From assembly GCA_009914755.4 (NCBI GenBank), contig CP068257.2:19392001-19456000 (forward strand): a stretch of 64,000 nt of DNA, written 5' to 3'. The position numbers and the translations under genes were made by a program. Shown piece by piece: positions 1 through 13,624 of the stretch. The notes under the pieces were generated by a model that made no database searches, was not told the DNA's origin, and worked only from the letters and a program-made list of their open reading frames with translations. Each line of letters starts with the position of its first letter. The stretch's first letter is position 1. Origin of the DNA: the human T2T-CHM13v2.0 reference genome, Homo sapiens.

Positions 1-3
1 TGA

Positions 4-366
<363 letters not shown>

Positions 367-2160
367 TAAATCTGCAATAAATTTAATGTAAACTTGATTT
401 AATTAAATATGTTGAAATCATATTACATTCTTATAATTATTCATGGTATTCAAATGTCTAAAAATTCCTGCTCTGTAGCTGGGGGTGCAAGACAGCAACA
501 TTGAAAAGCACTTGTTATCTGGTTTTCTTTCCTATTTCTTGAACATTTACTATGCCAGAATACTATCCTAAGCATTAGCCATGTATTATTTCACTTAAGC
601 CTAAACATAATCTTTTAAGGTAAATACTTTTACTAACACATTTTACAGATGATGAAAGCAATTCTCAGAAATTTTGTGACTTAGTTTGAAGACAAGGTAG
701 CCTGATTTCAAAGGGCAGGTCCTTGACTACCACGATATTAATTTTCTACTGCTGTTGTCACAAATTACCATGAACTTAGAGGCATAAATGATACAAACTT
801 TATCTTACTGTTCTATAGGTCAGAAGTTTCCCTCCTCTTCTGTCATCACGTCTTCATCTGAATGACCTGCCTTTTTAAGGGCTCTTGGGATTGTTTTAAA
901 CTCACCCAGATCATTCAAGATGATCTCCCCATCTCACGATTCGTATCTTAATCACTCCTGCAAAGACTTTTTGCCCTGTTGAGTTAGGCAACGTTCACAT
1001 GCTCCAGGGATTTGGAAGTGGGCATCTCCAGGGGAGTCATTCTGCCTATCACGATTATTATACTGACTTTTGACAGTGCCTTCCTTTTAAAATGAGTGGT
1101 ATTAAGGGAGGTAAGTTGGAGAATGTATTACTACTCTCATCTGTGAAGAGCTCCAAAGCGATGATTCAGTATTAATTGATTAGTCAGATAAATAGTAATA
1201 CCATTTAAACACAGCAACTGACTTTGTTTAAAAGTTAGATTATACAGAAATAAAAAATATAAAGGACTTTAAAAAGCTGCATACGTTGTATGGCAAGGAA
1301 TTCATCACCATAATTCTAACTGATAAATATTAATATAGTTATGAATTTAAAATAAAAAAGATAATGACAAGGGCTCAGGTGAATAGATAAAATTTTTCAT
1401 TTTAAATGTTTTATTTTCTGCAGAATGAGAAAGCCCTTACATTAAGAAATACTTGAACTGCATAGTACTTTATTCTTTTTGAAAAATTTTCTAATCTATG
1501 ATTCCTTTTGATTTTTAAATAATCTTGGAGTTAATAGAACTGGAGGCTCTTAAAACCACTTTATAAATATCTCTGTTGAGGTCTGGAAGCTAACATGCAT
1601 TGTTTTACTGTTTATGTTTTGGCCATTTTAAATTTCAAGTTTGCCATTTTATATTGAGTTGTTTTATAACCTGCTCTAATATTTGTAAAGACTAGATGAG
1701 GTATTAATCCCAATAAATAAAATACCTTAAATCGAGACATGAAGAGCCTTAGCAAATTCCTCAGAGTCACACAACTGATTAGTAATAGAGCTTCACCTGC
1801 TACTTGGTTCACTGGACATCAGTCTAAAGTGGTTACTGTTGGGCCCAACCACCTCCCAAATCTAAGACAGAGATTAGTGAGCTATTGGCCTTCCGATTTT
1901 ATTGCCTGTGCAGGTTCATGTGTGTAATATACTAATTGGCAATAAATAGTTGTCTGTTGGTGTGATCTACACCATCTTGGTTTGGTTTTGGAAGAGGAAA
2001 TTTACATCTTATAAAGCTGTAAAGTATGTCTCCAATATGCAAGCAGGCAGTGATGGACGTTGATTTGACAAGCAAATTAAAGCAATATTTAATACTATGC
2101 TGTAAGCCTTTTCCAAATGAACTGAACATTTTTTACCTTAACATTTACTAAATAAATTTT

Positions 2161-2238
2161 GTCTCTCTCGATATATCTCTCTCTCTCAATCTCACTCACA
2201 CTCTTATACACACACACACACACACTCACACACACATG
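2161..2238. repeat. Compound simple repeat (CT)n/(CA)n
   Basis: ctctctcgatatatctctctctctcaatctcactcacactcttatacacacacacacacacactcacacacaca. Confidence 0.9.
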
Positions 2239-3317
2239 TGCTTGTGCAATGTCTTTATTTGTAAAAGTAAAAGTTAAATGTTTTATATTATTTCTGTGAC
2301 TTAGGCAGATTTTTGGTTTTTGTTTGTGTTTTTGTAAATCTCTTGTAGAGATCTTAACAGGGAGCATGCTACATACAGGAACATTAAGGCACATGTGGCT
2401 TGATAGGTTTTATCATTGATTAGATATATTTTAATCTAATCAAAGATTATCAGGCACCACTATTATGCCATCTCAATGCAATGGTGAGCGTACGAATTTA
2501 GGAAAAGAAATCTAGCTGTTCTTGAGCCTTTTTAATTAGTTATTTAGAAAAGCATTGGTTACACTCTAAATAACTCTATAAATATTTTCTTAGAAAATGA
2601 TCTTTAGCTGGTGGTGGCATGCAATAACCAGTGATTATGAAAATGGAAATAAATCTAATGCAAATATGTTTTTTATTTATTATTTAGTAAGTAAATTAAA
2701 TTGTAAGTTATGTTTTCTTTAGCCTAATATATAAAATGGCTATTTTAAAAATTTAAACTTCATCATGAGATTTCCTTTATAATGTAGGCTAATAAGTCTC
2801 TATGATCTTTCTTCTAGAAACCACTGGCATTAGTCTGTAAATTACAGGGTACCTATGCATTAGCACCAGCAAATGTTATTGTAATTGCCAGAAGCACCAT
2901 CAGCAAAGTAATACTAATGTCAACATTACATCAGTTTGAAAAGAAAAATATGTGTTGACTAAGCAAATCAAAATAAACCTTTCCATATTTCACATCTAAA
3001 TTCTTCATTTGCCTTAGTTATAAAATATAGATTAGTTCTTAGTTTATTTAAAGAGTATAATTACAGTGCATTATGAAACTATAAGGAATTGTTATTTCAA
3101 ATACCAATTTACTCAAACAATAGAATAGTCAGAAACATAATAATTATCTTATTTGTTAAGGTACATTAATGGTTATTGGTACCTAGGAACAAGCTCATCA
3201 GTATTTTTGTGTGACCTGAATCCCTCATTTTCATAAAATGTATTTAAAACTTTGTCTACATACTTTAGCAAAATACTCTATTTTGTTTCTGGTAGCAAAT
3301 TTAATTGCTAACAGCAC

Positions 3318-3346
3318 ATGTTTTCTTTCTTTCTTTCTTTCTTTTT
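3318..3346. repeat. (CTTT)n microsatellite derived from the Alu A-tail
   Basis: ttctttctttctttctttcttttt lies directly 5' (on +) of the reverse-oriented Alu, i.e. its expanded poly-A tail. Confidence 0.85.
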
Positions 3347-3634
3347 GGACAGAGTTTCACTCTTGTTGCCCAGGCTGGAGCGCAATGGTATGATCTCGGC
3401 TAACTGCAGCCTCCGTCTCCTGGGTTCAAAGGTTTCTCCTGCCTCTGCCTCCCAAGTAGCTGTAGCTGGGATTACAGGCACCCACCGCCACACCCAGCTA
3501 ATTTTTGTGTTTTTAGTAGAGACGGGGTTTCACCAGGTGCCAGGCTGGTGTCAAACTCCTGAGCTGAGGTGATCCACCCACCTTGGCCTCCCAAAGTGCT
3601 GGGATTACAGGCATGAGCCACTGCACCTGGCCGG
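3320..3634 (-). mobile_element. Alu SINE (AluS-like), full length, reverse orientation
   Basis: ggacagagtttcactcttgttgcccaggctggagcgcaatgg ... cccaaagtgctgggattacaggcatgagccactgcacctggccgg; dimeric structure with the A-rich linker present. Confidence 0.93.
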
Positions 3635-3689
3635 TTTCTTGGTTTCATACAAGACGAACATGTGTGCCATATTGTTTTCAGGCACATGG

Positions 3690-4310
3690 GATAAGTTGGC
3701 ATGGGAAAGTTTAAATTTGTCCCCTGAAACTTTGATAATTTAAGTCTATAAAACAAACTGATAGAAGATTAACAGGAAAAAAAGGCATACAAATTTATTA
3801 GCTTGCATATATAGTCACAGGAGTCATACAATATATATAAGCTCAAAGAAGGTCCAGATGGTGGACGCTTAAATATCCTCTTCACTGAGGAGAGTGGAGA
3901 TGACAAAGAGTGGGAGTAAATTTTTTTTCAGGTGAAATAAATGACCTCCCCCCCAAAACAATGGCGTGAGACCAAGTTTCTCTGGGCTTAGGGATGGCAT
4001 CACAGGGTCAGGGACAGTAAGGGGAGGTAAGTATGTGAAGCAAAGGGTGGCTTATTAAGCGGATTAAAATGTCTCAGATTATCTCAGAGCTGCCCTCAGA
4101 AAGAATAGATGGTAGCCTGACATAGAGTTAATCTTTCCTGGATCTGGACAAGAGAGGAGCCACAGAGAAAGCCTGGCTGTTTATTTCACAAATATAGATT
4201 TTTCTCTATAGATGCAAATCTCTTTCACAGAAGGCAGCTTTTCTGAACTATCCCCATCTGCAGGCCCTGTTAATAGTCATCCGAAAGTATGTCAAAGTAA
4301 TATATTTTGG
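3690..4310 (+). mobile_element. Upstream copy of a ~620-bp unclassified interspersed repeat that recurs at 6810-7428 (candidate 5' LTR)
   Basis: Aligns by eye with 6810-7428 at about 75-80% identity. Shared blocks include cctgaaactttgataattt, ctcaaagaaggtccagatgg, cagagctgccctcagaaagaatagatggtagcctga and cctggctgtttatttcac.aatatag.tttttctcta.aga.gcaaatct. Confidence 0.5.
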
Positions 4311-6078
4311 TTTTTTTGTTTGTTTTCTTTAGTCCCCCATTCGAAGCTTTATTTTCAGGAAGTTTTACATATTAAAGTGGGATTGGTACCTTTGGAGAGA
4401 TTTAGGCTAGAGGTTGTGAGATAAGAGATAGGCAAAGGGGGGGGGGAAACAAAGATTGAGATAAGCAGATAAAAACAAGTTTGAGTACCCTAGTTTATAC
4501 ATTCTGGAATCTCCTAGTCCTGAGAATAGGTCAGTTTGTTAAACAGCTATGTCTCATTCTTGGAGTTGGCATTGCAGATTGGCTCCCATCAAGGTTAAGT
4601 CTCTGTATGGCATAATCGTCTCTATATGGTGTAAGCATACACCATATTTCACAAGAGATTTCACAAGAGATTTTTCTGTAGGAGCATACAAAAAAAGGTT
4701 GATGTTTGGAGTATTTTAAGCTAGTTTTTCTAGAAACTCTGAAGCATCTTCAGTTGGAACTGGCAAGCGGTGGCAATCTGACAGATTTTCCTGGGTTGCA
4801 CTTTGAATCAGGTATTCCAGTGAACTTTCTCGGTCGTCCATACATCAACAGGCACAAAGGCTGATACTCAGTTTCTGTAGTGATTTCCACAGAGGTTTAC
4901 ATCAAGGTGTCTTCCTTCAGTTTGTAGGCCTTCAACAAGAGGACAGTTTTAATTTCTAATGATTTTAAATCAGAAAAACGGAAGAAAAATTTCAACTACT
5001 CATTTGGAAAGTTACAGTCAGGTATTGAAAGAAACTTAAGTTTTAGAATTTAGTTGAGTTAATAAAAAACTGAAAAACAATGGATAGGGCTAGAATCTAT
5101 TAACTGGTACACCTTAGATTTCTTCTGAAACGTATTTTTTTTCTCTCCAGTCCCTCATCTACAAAACATATTTATGGCAAGTTTAATTTATTTGTGAAAC
5201 AAGTTTAGTTTCATTAACTTGGCCTAATTATTTGCAGAAAGTATAGTAGAAACAGTGATTTACCATATAGGGGTTTTAAAAGTTACCTTGCTGGAACTTT
5301 TCATAAGAAATCTCAGACTGGACTTCTAAAAGAGTCTCTAGGTTAGGAAACCAGGAGGAGGATTTGCCACACCCTCAAACTTGTCTGTAACAACTGTATG
5401 AATTGGGTAAATTCCTCTCTCCTCAAGGTCTCTAAAATATCTTGAGGTTCTCAGACCTGTCAAAAAGTAGCATTTTTTAATTTAACACAAGGTCAGGGAC
5501 TTTATAAGGGAATTGTATAAACAAGGGACCAGGTTAATCTTTCCAAAGGACTATTTATTGGCTCCATAAATCAACCTCAGTCACTCAAAGCAATCTGGAT
5601 ATATCTGAAAATAGCACATCCCAGTCAAAGCCTTAATAAAATAACTGGTATTTCCAATTGTGTTTGTTACAGAAGAAAACAGATTCTATTGAACTTATGC
5701 AAATAACTATACTGCCATAAAATAAGAATACTCATGGATAGTTATTGAATTCTAGATAAATCAGGTAGAGAGAAAGGTAAATGTTTCAATTTTGCTCTCA
5801 AAAACATACTTTACCCAATTGCTATAAACTATAAATAGCTTAAAAGAAAAGCCTAACTCTAGAAAACAAAACATAAAAATAATCAATGTTTTAAACAAAA
5901 CAGTCATAAAAATCATTTCAGTCCTTCATTAGTTTAGTGCTGTGTAATTAATTCTTGTTCAATTTGGTGTTAAATCTCATGATGTTAGGTTAGCAATATT
6001 ATGTGTCCAGTTTTTTTTCCATTGGATTTCTTGAAATTCTTACCTGGCTCAATTATATGATCTCAAACTTGTCAGAAA

Positions 6079-6136
6079 CTGTATTTAAGAGTATTTGATA
6101 AGAGTGTTTGATAAGAGTATTTGATAAGAGTGTTTT
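6079..6136. repeat. 15-bp tandem repeat (gtatttgataagagt) x ~4
   Basis: gtatttaagagtatttgataagagtgtttgataagagtatttgataagagtgtttt. Confidence 0.85.
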
Positions 6137-6809
6137 CCATAAAACTGCTTGAACACACACTTTAGGATTTGCAAAGAGCTTTTGGAAGAAAAAAGAAAGC
6201 ATCAGTATAAAGCAGTTTACTTTGGACAAGACTTAAAATAACCATGGTTAAAGACACAATTGACAAATCAACTTATTTATTTTCTGTGGCCTATAGCAAT
6301 TTAACATATCAGATTTGGAGCACATACTAATAACCTATCCATACAAATATAACTCAAAGAAAGTTAAACATTTTTATTTGACAGTGAGTGCTTCCCACAT
6401 AATTTAACATATGAAATAAGCTTTTTATTCTCTTTCTTTTTGGAGCATTAAGGGCCCTCGATAGCGCTCCAAAGTTAGTTTGTAGTAAAAAGATTGAATT
6501 TAGAATTTGAAACTTGATTTTGGGAAGCTTGTCAAATATGTCATGGATTTAAAGCACTTGATCAAAATATGATCCCCACTCACTGTGAAATAATAGTCAT
6601 TGACTTTGCCAAATTGATAACTAAAAGATTTCAGAAAGTGAAGTCCTTTGCTCTTTGACAGACAAAAGTCTCAGTTTCTGAATAACTCAAGGACTTAATA
6701 AACACAGCAGGAGGCACACAAAATCTGATTCTCTTTCTCTCCCCTCATTTACCTTTCCTGCAGTTTGCCCAAAAATGAGCAAAAATATTTTCTTATCTCT
6801 TATGACACC

Positions 6810-7428
6810 AAAATGGTAGGGAAGTTTAAGTTTTTCCCTGAAACTTTGATAATTTCTGTCTATAAAACAAATTGATAATAGATTAACAAGAAAAAACCAT
6901 ACATATTTATTAATATGCTTATGGGCACAGAAGTCATATGAAATATGAAAACTCAAAGAAGGACCAGATGGTTGACACTAAAATACTCAGTTCGTTGGGG
7001 AAAGTGTAGATTAGGAGGTGTAGGAGTAAATGATTTTCAGGGGAAATGAATGAAGCCAAAGAACAATGGCCTTGGGACCAAGTTTCCCTGGAGGTGGGTG
7101 GCATCATAGGTTATAGGACAGAGAAGGAAGCAAATCACATGAAGCAAAGGCTTGTTATGCAGACGATAGTATTTCAGATAATTTCAAAGCTGCCCTCAGA
7201 AAGAATAGATGGTAGCCTGAAGTTGAGCTAATCTTTCCTAGTTCCAGAGAAGAGAAGGGCCAAGAGAGGGCCCAAGAGATAAATCCTGGCTGTTTATTTC
7301 ACTAATATAGGTTTTTCTCTACAGAAGCAAATCTCCTGCACAAATGGCAGCTTTTCAGGGTTATTCCTCTCTTTAGGCCCACTAAATAGCAATAGATGTC
7401 AAGTACCTATATTTTGGGGTGAAATGCT
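6810..7428 (+). mobile_element. Downstream copy of the ~620-bp repeat (candidate 3' LTR); its 3' end abuts a partial Alu
   Basis: Same orientation as 3690-4310, which lies 3.1 kb upstream. Similarity ends at 'atattttgg' in both copies. Confidence 0.5.
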
Positions 7429-7632
7429 TTTTTTTGAGATGGTCTCACTCTGTCACCTAGGCTGGAGTGCAATGGCACACCCACAGCTCACTCCAGCCTG
7501 GACTTCCCAGGCTCAATGAATCTTTCCATCAGTCTCCCTAATAGCTGGAACTACAGGCATGCGCCACCACGCCTGGCTATTGTTTGTATTTTTTGTAGAC
7601 AGGTTTTCCCCATGTTGCTGAGGCTTGTTTTC
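7428..7632 (-). mobile_element. Alu SINE, 5'-truncated (right monomer plus ~25 bp of the left monomer), old and diverged (AluJ-like or free right monomer)
   Basis: tttttttgagatggtctcactctgtcacctaggctggagtgcaatggcaca ... ctacaggcatgcgccaccacgcctggctattgtttgtattttttgtagacaggttttcc. Confidence 0.85.
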
Positions 7633-8763
7633 TTTTATTATTAATAGCAAGTGACTATAGCTAAGGTCATGGTATCAAAAAATATTCATGTCTTTCTTAC
7701 ATATGGAATGATATTGGTTATAAAATATAATTTTATACCCATAGTTTTCCATGTTTTCCTGTTATGTTATATGTTGTTATTCTACTTAAAAACTACTAAG
7801 CCAGTTAACAGTTTTAAGAAGACAAATGAATTTATGGATGCTATTCAAAGTCTTCAAATGAGAGAGATTAAATGATTTTTAATTGATTATTCACTTAAAA
7901 GTAGTTTCAGTTTGATATAATTCTTAGTAATAAGAAATGGCAGGCATTTATTTGTAGGCTCTGTGTTAGTATGTGTTCAATAAGAGACAACAGATAAACA
8001 CTAATTTTCTAATTTTCAGCCTAATTGTTAAGGCATCAGGATTACCATAAACCAAAGCATAAAAGTACACTGTAGACATATTACTGGAATTTGGATTTTG
8101 TCAGTTAAAAATTTAAGTTTAAGAGTAGAATGGGTGTATAATGTTAGTTTGAGTGGACTGATTCATTTTGACAGATCCTTTATATACTACATACTTGAAG
8201 TTGGAATTTTAGATTTACTTGAGTAAAATTGGAACATACATGGAAGAATGGTTTAATTTTTTGATAGTGTTGAAGCAGAACGTTCTCTACCTCACAAACA
8301 GAATTCCCATTTTAAGGATATATTAATGTAGACAATCTCAACATTTTGTCTTGTAATAGCTGATTAAGTTAATTTATTCTGCTTTGCACATGCTTTGCAC
8401 ATGACATTATGAAAAATGGGAAGAAAATATATTGGATATGATCCCTCCTCTGTTCTAGCCATAACCCATGGTTTACCTTGAGTTGCTTCTGTTCACAAAT
8501 CTCTTGGGAATTTTTCTGCCGCACTGTTAACTTACCAATTAGCATGATCTAAATCTAAATTCATTTAAATAACTGACAAGGTTGACATTTATTTCCACAT
8601 AAGAATGATACAGATATATAGAAATATTATTTCAGCTGAAATTTTGTATATAAAAGAAAATGTATACTTACTAATTAGATACTTTAAAATGTTTTATTCT
8701 ATGAAAGAAAAAACATATTTGTTGTTTAGAAAATGCAAATCCTGGCCTTCTACTGTCACTCTT

Positions 8764-9137
8764 TGATATGGTTTGGCTGTGTCCCCACATAAATCTCTTC
8801 TTGAACTGTAATTCCCATAACCCCCATGTGTTGTGGAAGGGACCGGTGTGAGGTAATTGAATCATGGGGGCAGTTACCCTCATGCTGTTGTTGTGATAGT
8901 GAGTGAGTTCTTACGAGATCTGATGGTTTTATAAGAGGCCTTAATCCCCTTTTGCTCAGTACTTTTCCTTGCTGCTGCCAAGTGAAGAAGGATGTGTTTG
9001 CTTCTCCTTCCACCAAGGTTATAAGCTTCCTAAGGCCTCCCCAGCCCTGCGGAACTGTAAGTCAGTTAAACCACTTTCCTTTATAAATTACCAGTCTCAG
9101 GAATTTCTTCATAGCAGTGTGAGAACAGACCAATACA
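8764..9137 (+). mobile_element. Solo THE1-type MaLR LTR (ERVL-MaLR)
   Basis: Begins tgatatggtttggctgtgtccccacataaatctcttcttgaactgtaattcccataaccccc.tgtgttgtggaagggacc.gtg.gaggtaattgaatcatggggg. Contains ...tcttacgagatctgatggttttataa... and ...cctccccagccctgcggaactgtaagtcagttaaaccactttcctttataaattacc.... Ends ...gagaacagaccaatacac. All of these match the THE1/MST LTR consensus as I recall it. Confidence 0.8.
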
Positions 9138-9714
9138 CTTCTGAAATATACTGATTCATCAAATCCCATTTGACTGTAGACCAAATGCAAACTCAGTGTT
9201 TGTGATCCCCAGGTTTCAATTAGCATGGCTCTGTGTGAGGAATATGAAGGCCGCTAAAACATGGCAGAACCTCTTTCTTCTACAGGAAGACCTTCTTTTG
9301 ATATGTATAATCTTAGAATTGTAACCATTTGAATCACCTTTCCAACAATATCACTAAAGGATATATTTCTTGATCAGAGAAACTAAGACTTAAAACTATA
9401 AGATTTGTTTACTCTATTAATAATCCCCATAAAGAAATATATTTCTCTCACTTGTTATGTAGACTATATGACATGTAGTTAATTAAGAAAGTACATGTAA
9501 CAGGCCCATTTTTATAAACTTATTTCTTCTAACTATATGTTTGCACCCATTAACCAACCTCTCTTTATCCTTCCACTACCCATACACCCTCCCAGCCTCT
9601 AGTACCTATCATTCTATGGTCTACCTTCATGAGATCAAGTTTTTAATCTTTCACATATGAGTGAAAGCATGTGTTATTATTTTTACAAGATTTGCAGTTC
9701 CCTCGAAAAAGATA

Positions 9715-9990
9715 TCCCTTAATAATCCACCATTGGGAAAGAATAAGTTCTAATGTTCAGTAGTAGAGTTGGGTGACTAATATTAACATCAACGCATTAT
9801 ATATTTCAAAATAGCTAGAAGAAAGAACGTGAAATGTTCCCAACACATAAAAATGATAAATGCTCCAGGTGATGAACACCACAAATGCCCTGAATTGATT
9901 ATTACACAGTCTATACATGTAATACAATATCACATGTACCCCATAAATATATGCAAATAAATATTTGTATCAGTAAAAAATGTAACTTCA
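9715..9990 (+). mobile_element. L1 (L1M-type) extreme 3' end fragment
   Basis: gaataagttctaatgttcagtagtagagttgggtgactaatattaac ... atatttcaaaatagctagaagaaag ... gttcccaacacataaaaatgataaatg ... tatacatgtaatacaatatcacatgtaccccataaatata matches the L1M 3'-UTR terminus. Confidence 0.8.
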
Positions 9991-10829
9991 GGGCAAAAGG
10001 ACTATATTCAAATGTGTGCATATTTTGAATTAATATTTAAATAATCATTTGGATTTTTCGTGTGTGAAAACATTACAAATGGAAATGAGAACATTTTTCC
10101 AGGAAACTCGTAACTTTTTTGCCGTAGACATATGCAAATCACTGAAGTTGCCGGAGGGTCACTTATGTGATTCTCTCTCAAGTACAGCACTAAGTGTTAG
10201 GATTGCTTGTTGATACCTAATCCTCAGTCAACATCATAAATCAGCACTTGTCAGATCAGGGAAGCATATTAACTAGAGTTATTATATTTCAAAACAGTTA
10301 GGAGTGTTTTTTATTCTGACAGCTTCCCAGAGAGGGGACTCTGTGATGAGTAGCTGCGGATATTTCATACCAGTGAGGAGGATACACATTGCCAGTTATT
10401 ACTGTTAAGGGCAACCTTCGCTAGCACATTGTAATTCTCTCTACAGTCCTCTATTTTAATTTCTGTCATACCACAACGTTATTTACTCCTCTTACTAGGC
10501 TAACAGCTGCCAGCCATGAAGATTTTTATAGAGTTATAGAATTTTAGAAAGAGGGAAAAAACTGTAGAGGATATCTTACTGAATCTTTAGTTTCCTTTTG
10601 AAGATACTGATGCCTTTTTATTATTAAAGACTCATGAAGCTTTGGCCGAGAGAAGATGTTTAACTCACTTTCTTACCATTACACAACTGACTCCTCACTG
10701 CCAGTTTGAGTTCTGGTGTCCTACTCATTCTCTCTGACTGAATGAACCATGACTTTATGTGTGTGCGTGGGTGTGTATAATTATTTAGATATACGAATAT
10801 ATATATCTTTTCCAGTCTTACTGTACTGG

Positions 10830-11458
10830 TTTGCATTACAGTATTAAACCAATGGAAACGTCCACTATAGAAATGATGCAATATTCTATAGTAAGTGCTC
10901 ACAAGGATATAGGACAAACCTACATGTCCATCAGTAGATGAACAGAAAATATGGTATATATACACAATGGAATACCGTTCAGTCTTAAAAAAAAAAGAAA
11001 TCTTGTCATTCACAGCAACATGAATGAGTCTGGAGGATATTATGTTAAGTAAAATAAGTCAGGCACAGAAAGACAAATATTGCATGTTCTCATTCATATA
11101 TGGAAGCTAAAAAGTTTATCTTAGAAGTAGAGAGTAGAACTAGAGGCTGGGAAATGTAGGTGGGTGGGGTGATAGGGAAAAGTTGGCTAATGGCTACAAA
11201 ATTACAGCTAGTTAGGAAGAATAAGTTCTAGTGTTCTATGGCACTGTCGGTGACTCTAGTTAACAAGAATTTATTGTGTATCTTCAGATAGCAAGAAGAG
11301 AGGATTTTGAATATTCCAAATAAAAATCAATGCCAAATGTTTGAGGGGGTAGATATGCAAATAACCCTTATTTCATCATTACGTGTTGTATGCATGTATT
11401 AAAATATCACTCCATTGCCCATAAATATGGACAATTATTATGTGCCATTTAAAAATAA
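10830..11458 (+). mobile_element. L1 (L1M-type) 3' end (ORF2 C-terminus plus 3' UTR), 5'-truncated
   Basis: catgtccatcagtagatgaacagaaaatatggtatatatacacaatggaataccgttcagtc ... atgaatgagtctggaggatattatgttaagtaaaataagtcaggcacagaaagacaaatattgcatgttctcattcatatatggaagctaaaaag ... ggctgggaaatgtaggtgggtgg ... cataaatatggacaattattatgtgcca. Confidence 0.85.
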
Positions 11459-12578
11459 TTATAAGAAAGAAAAGACTGAAAAACAACAACAAAACAGAAA
11501 CACAAAGAAAAGAAAGAGCTATCAATTGAAAAGGGTTTTTCTGGTAAATTCACATTTACAAAGGGTCATATAAGAAACATAGAACCTATGATGAATACAA
11601 AATAAGATCATTTCTCTGTAAGAATATTACAGAATTAGTACAGTCTAGCATAAGGTAAGTCTTTTGGACGGTGTTGACAACAATAAAAAGCCACTTGGGG
11701 AAGCCGTGTTATGCTCTCAACAGAATTTTTTCACTCATTAATTGTATAAGTAGCTGATTTTAAATAAAGCAACTATATAGGGTGCTGGTGACAGAAGGTG
11801 GGCAGACAATTCTCTTTAACTTCTTTGAGAGTGATTTTAAGAAGAGATGGTACAAGAGCATTAAAAGTGGAATTAGGTGAGGAGTCTTTAAACAATTACC
11901 TCGTATAAGTGCTTCTCAGCTTCCTTATCTCAACAGGTTACATTAAAGAGTAGTGCCTGAACCTGGTGGGAACATTTTATTATGCAGGCTTTGAAGTAGC
12001 TAGAACATCGTGGTGGTGGTGTAAGGATATGAATATTTTGAGTTTTTCACAAAGTAGATGCAGCAAATTGTAGATTTGTGAATTTGACTTTGCTTCAGGG
12101 AAAGACGTCAGAATATATTATATAGTAACAGAGAGAGAAAGCAAGAGAAAAGTGTATGTGTGTGTCTATTCACAAACACTTGTCCTGAAAGACAGGGGAT
12201 AGATGATTATTCTGATCTTGGTTGACTTCCTTGTTAGTCATCAGACAAATAATTAGGGAAATTCCATATACCTGGTATATCAAGAATATGAGACCAGCAT
12301 TGAATCAGCTTATCTTGTGGCTAAGATGGAGAAATATGGACACAATAATCAATTTGTAACAGGTTGAATGACGATGCCAACTTTCGTTAATTTTAAGTGC
12401 AGTAGAACCCTTCCTAACATATTTTCATGTTTCTTCTCAAACTATAACACATATACAAAGGCAGGGATTATACTATCTATAAAGAATATAAAGTTTGGAA
12501 GATGGGTCAATCTGACTCTACATCAATAGACTGCTCTGTGGAATAAATAGAAATATCTCTACTTGCTTTCTGGGGTGA

Positions 12579-12867
<289 letters not shown>

Positions 12868-13624
12868 TTCATATTTTGAGAAATTAATTTAACAGACATA
12901 AGGCTCATTTTTCTGAATTTAGAGGTAAATATTAATGTACAAAAATCTCAGGAATTTTTCTTTTCAGATATCTTAAATTCTTTGAGCTTTAATCTTGCCA
13001 TCTCTAAATGAGGAATGTTGCCAACTAAAAAATGAGGTCTGAACTGCTCCCCTCAGGCCCTTCATTTCCCAGAGCATCTGTTATACAGTGTTTATGTTAA
13101 GCACCTGAAATGGGCTAGAGGTTCTAAAATAAGGAAGAATTGGTGTGGCTAAGTAAACAGAATGCAAGAGTTGTGTAAATCTTATTTTCTGCAAGAACTG
13201 TCCTTGATTAATAGGCTTAAATAACAACATAATTTATTTATCTCAGAGAACATATTACTGTACTTTATCTGTTTGAAAGCTTTATAAAAGGCAAGGAAAA
13301 GAAAAGAAAATGTGTGAAATCCAAATATCAATATCATCATTCAATTTTGTTGTAACATGTACTGTCAATATAACTTACTCAAGCATTTATGTTTTCTAAA
13401 TTATTAGACTAATGAAATGGAAGGCATTCTTTTCAAAATGTCAAATTTCAGCTAATTTACAAGTGCAAATTTTATCTGGTTAAGCATTTACATATCAAGC
13501 CACTATAAGATTTAGGGGAACTGCTTATTCCTTTAGTCCTGCCCCATGCCCTCTATAAAGGTCTTTCTGTTAAAGTTCGTGCCATTATCAAAAACATAGT
13601 AATTGAGTTTATATAGGAAATTTA

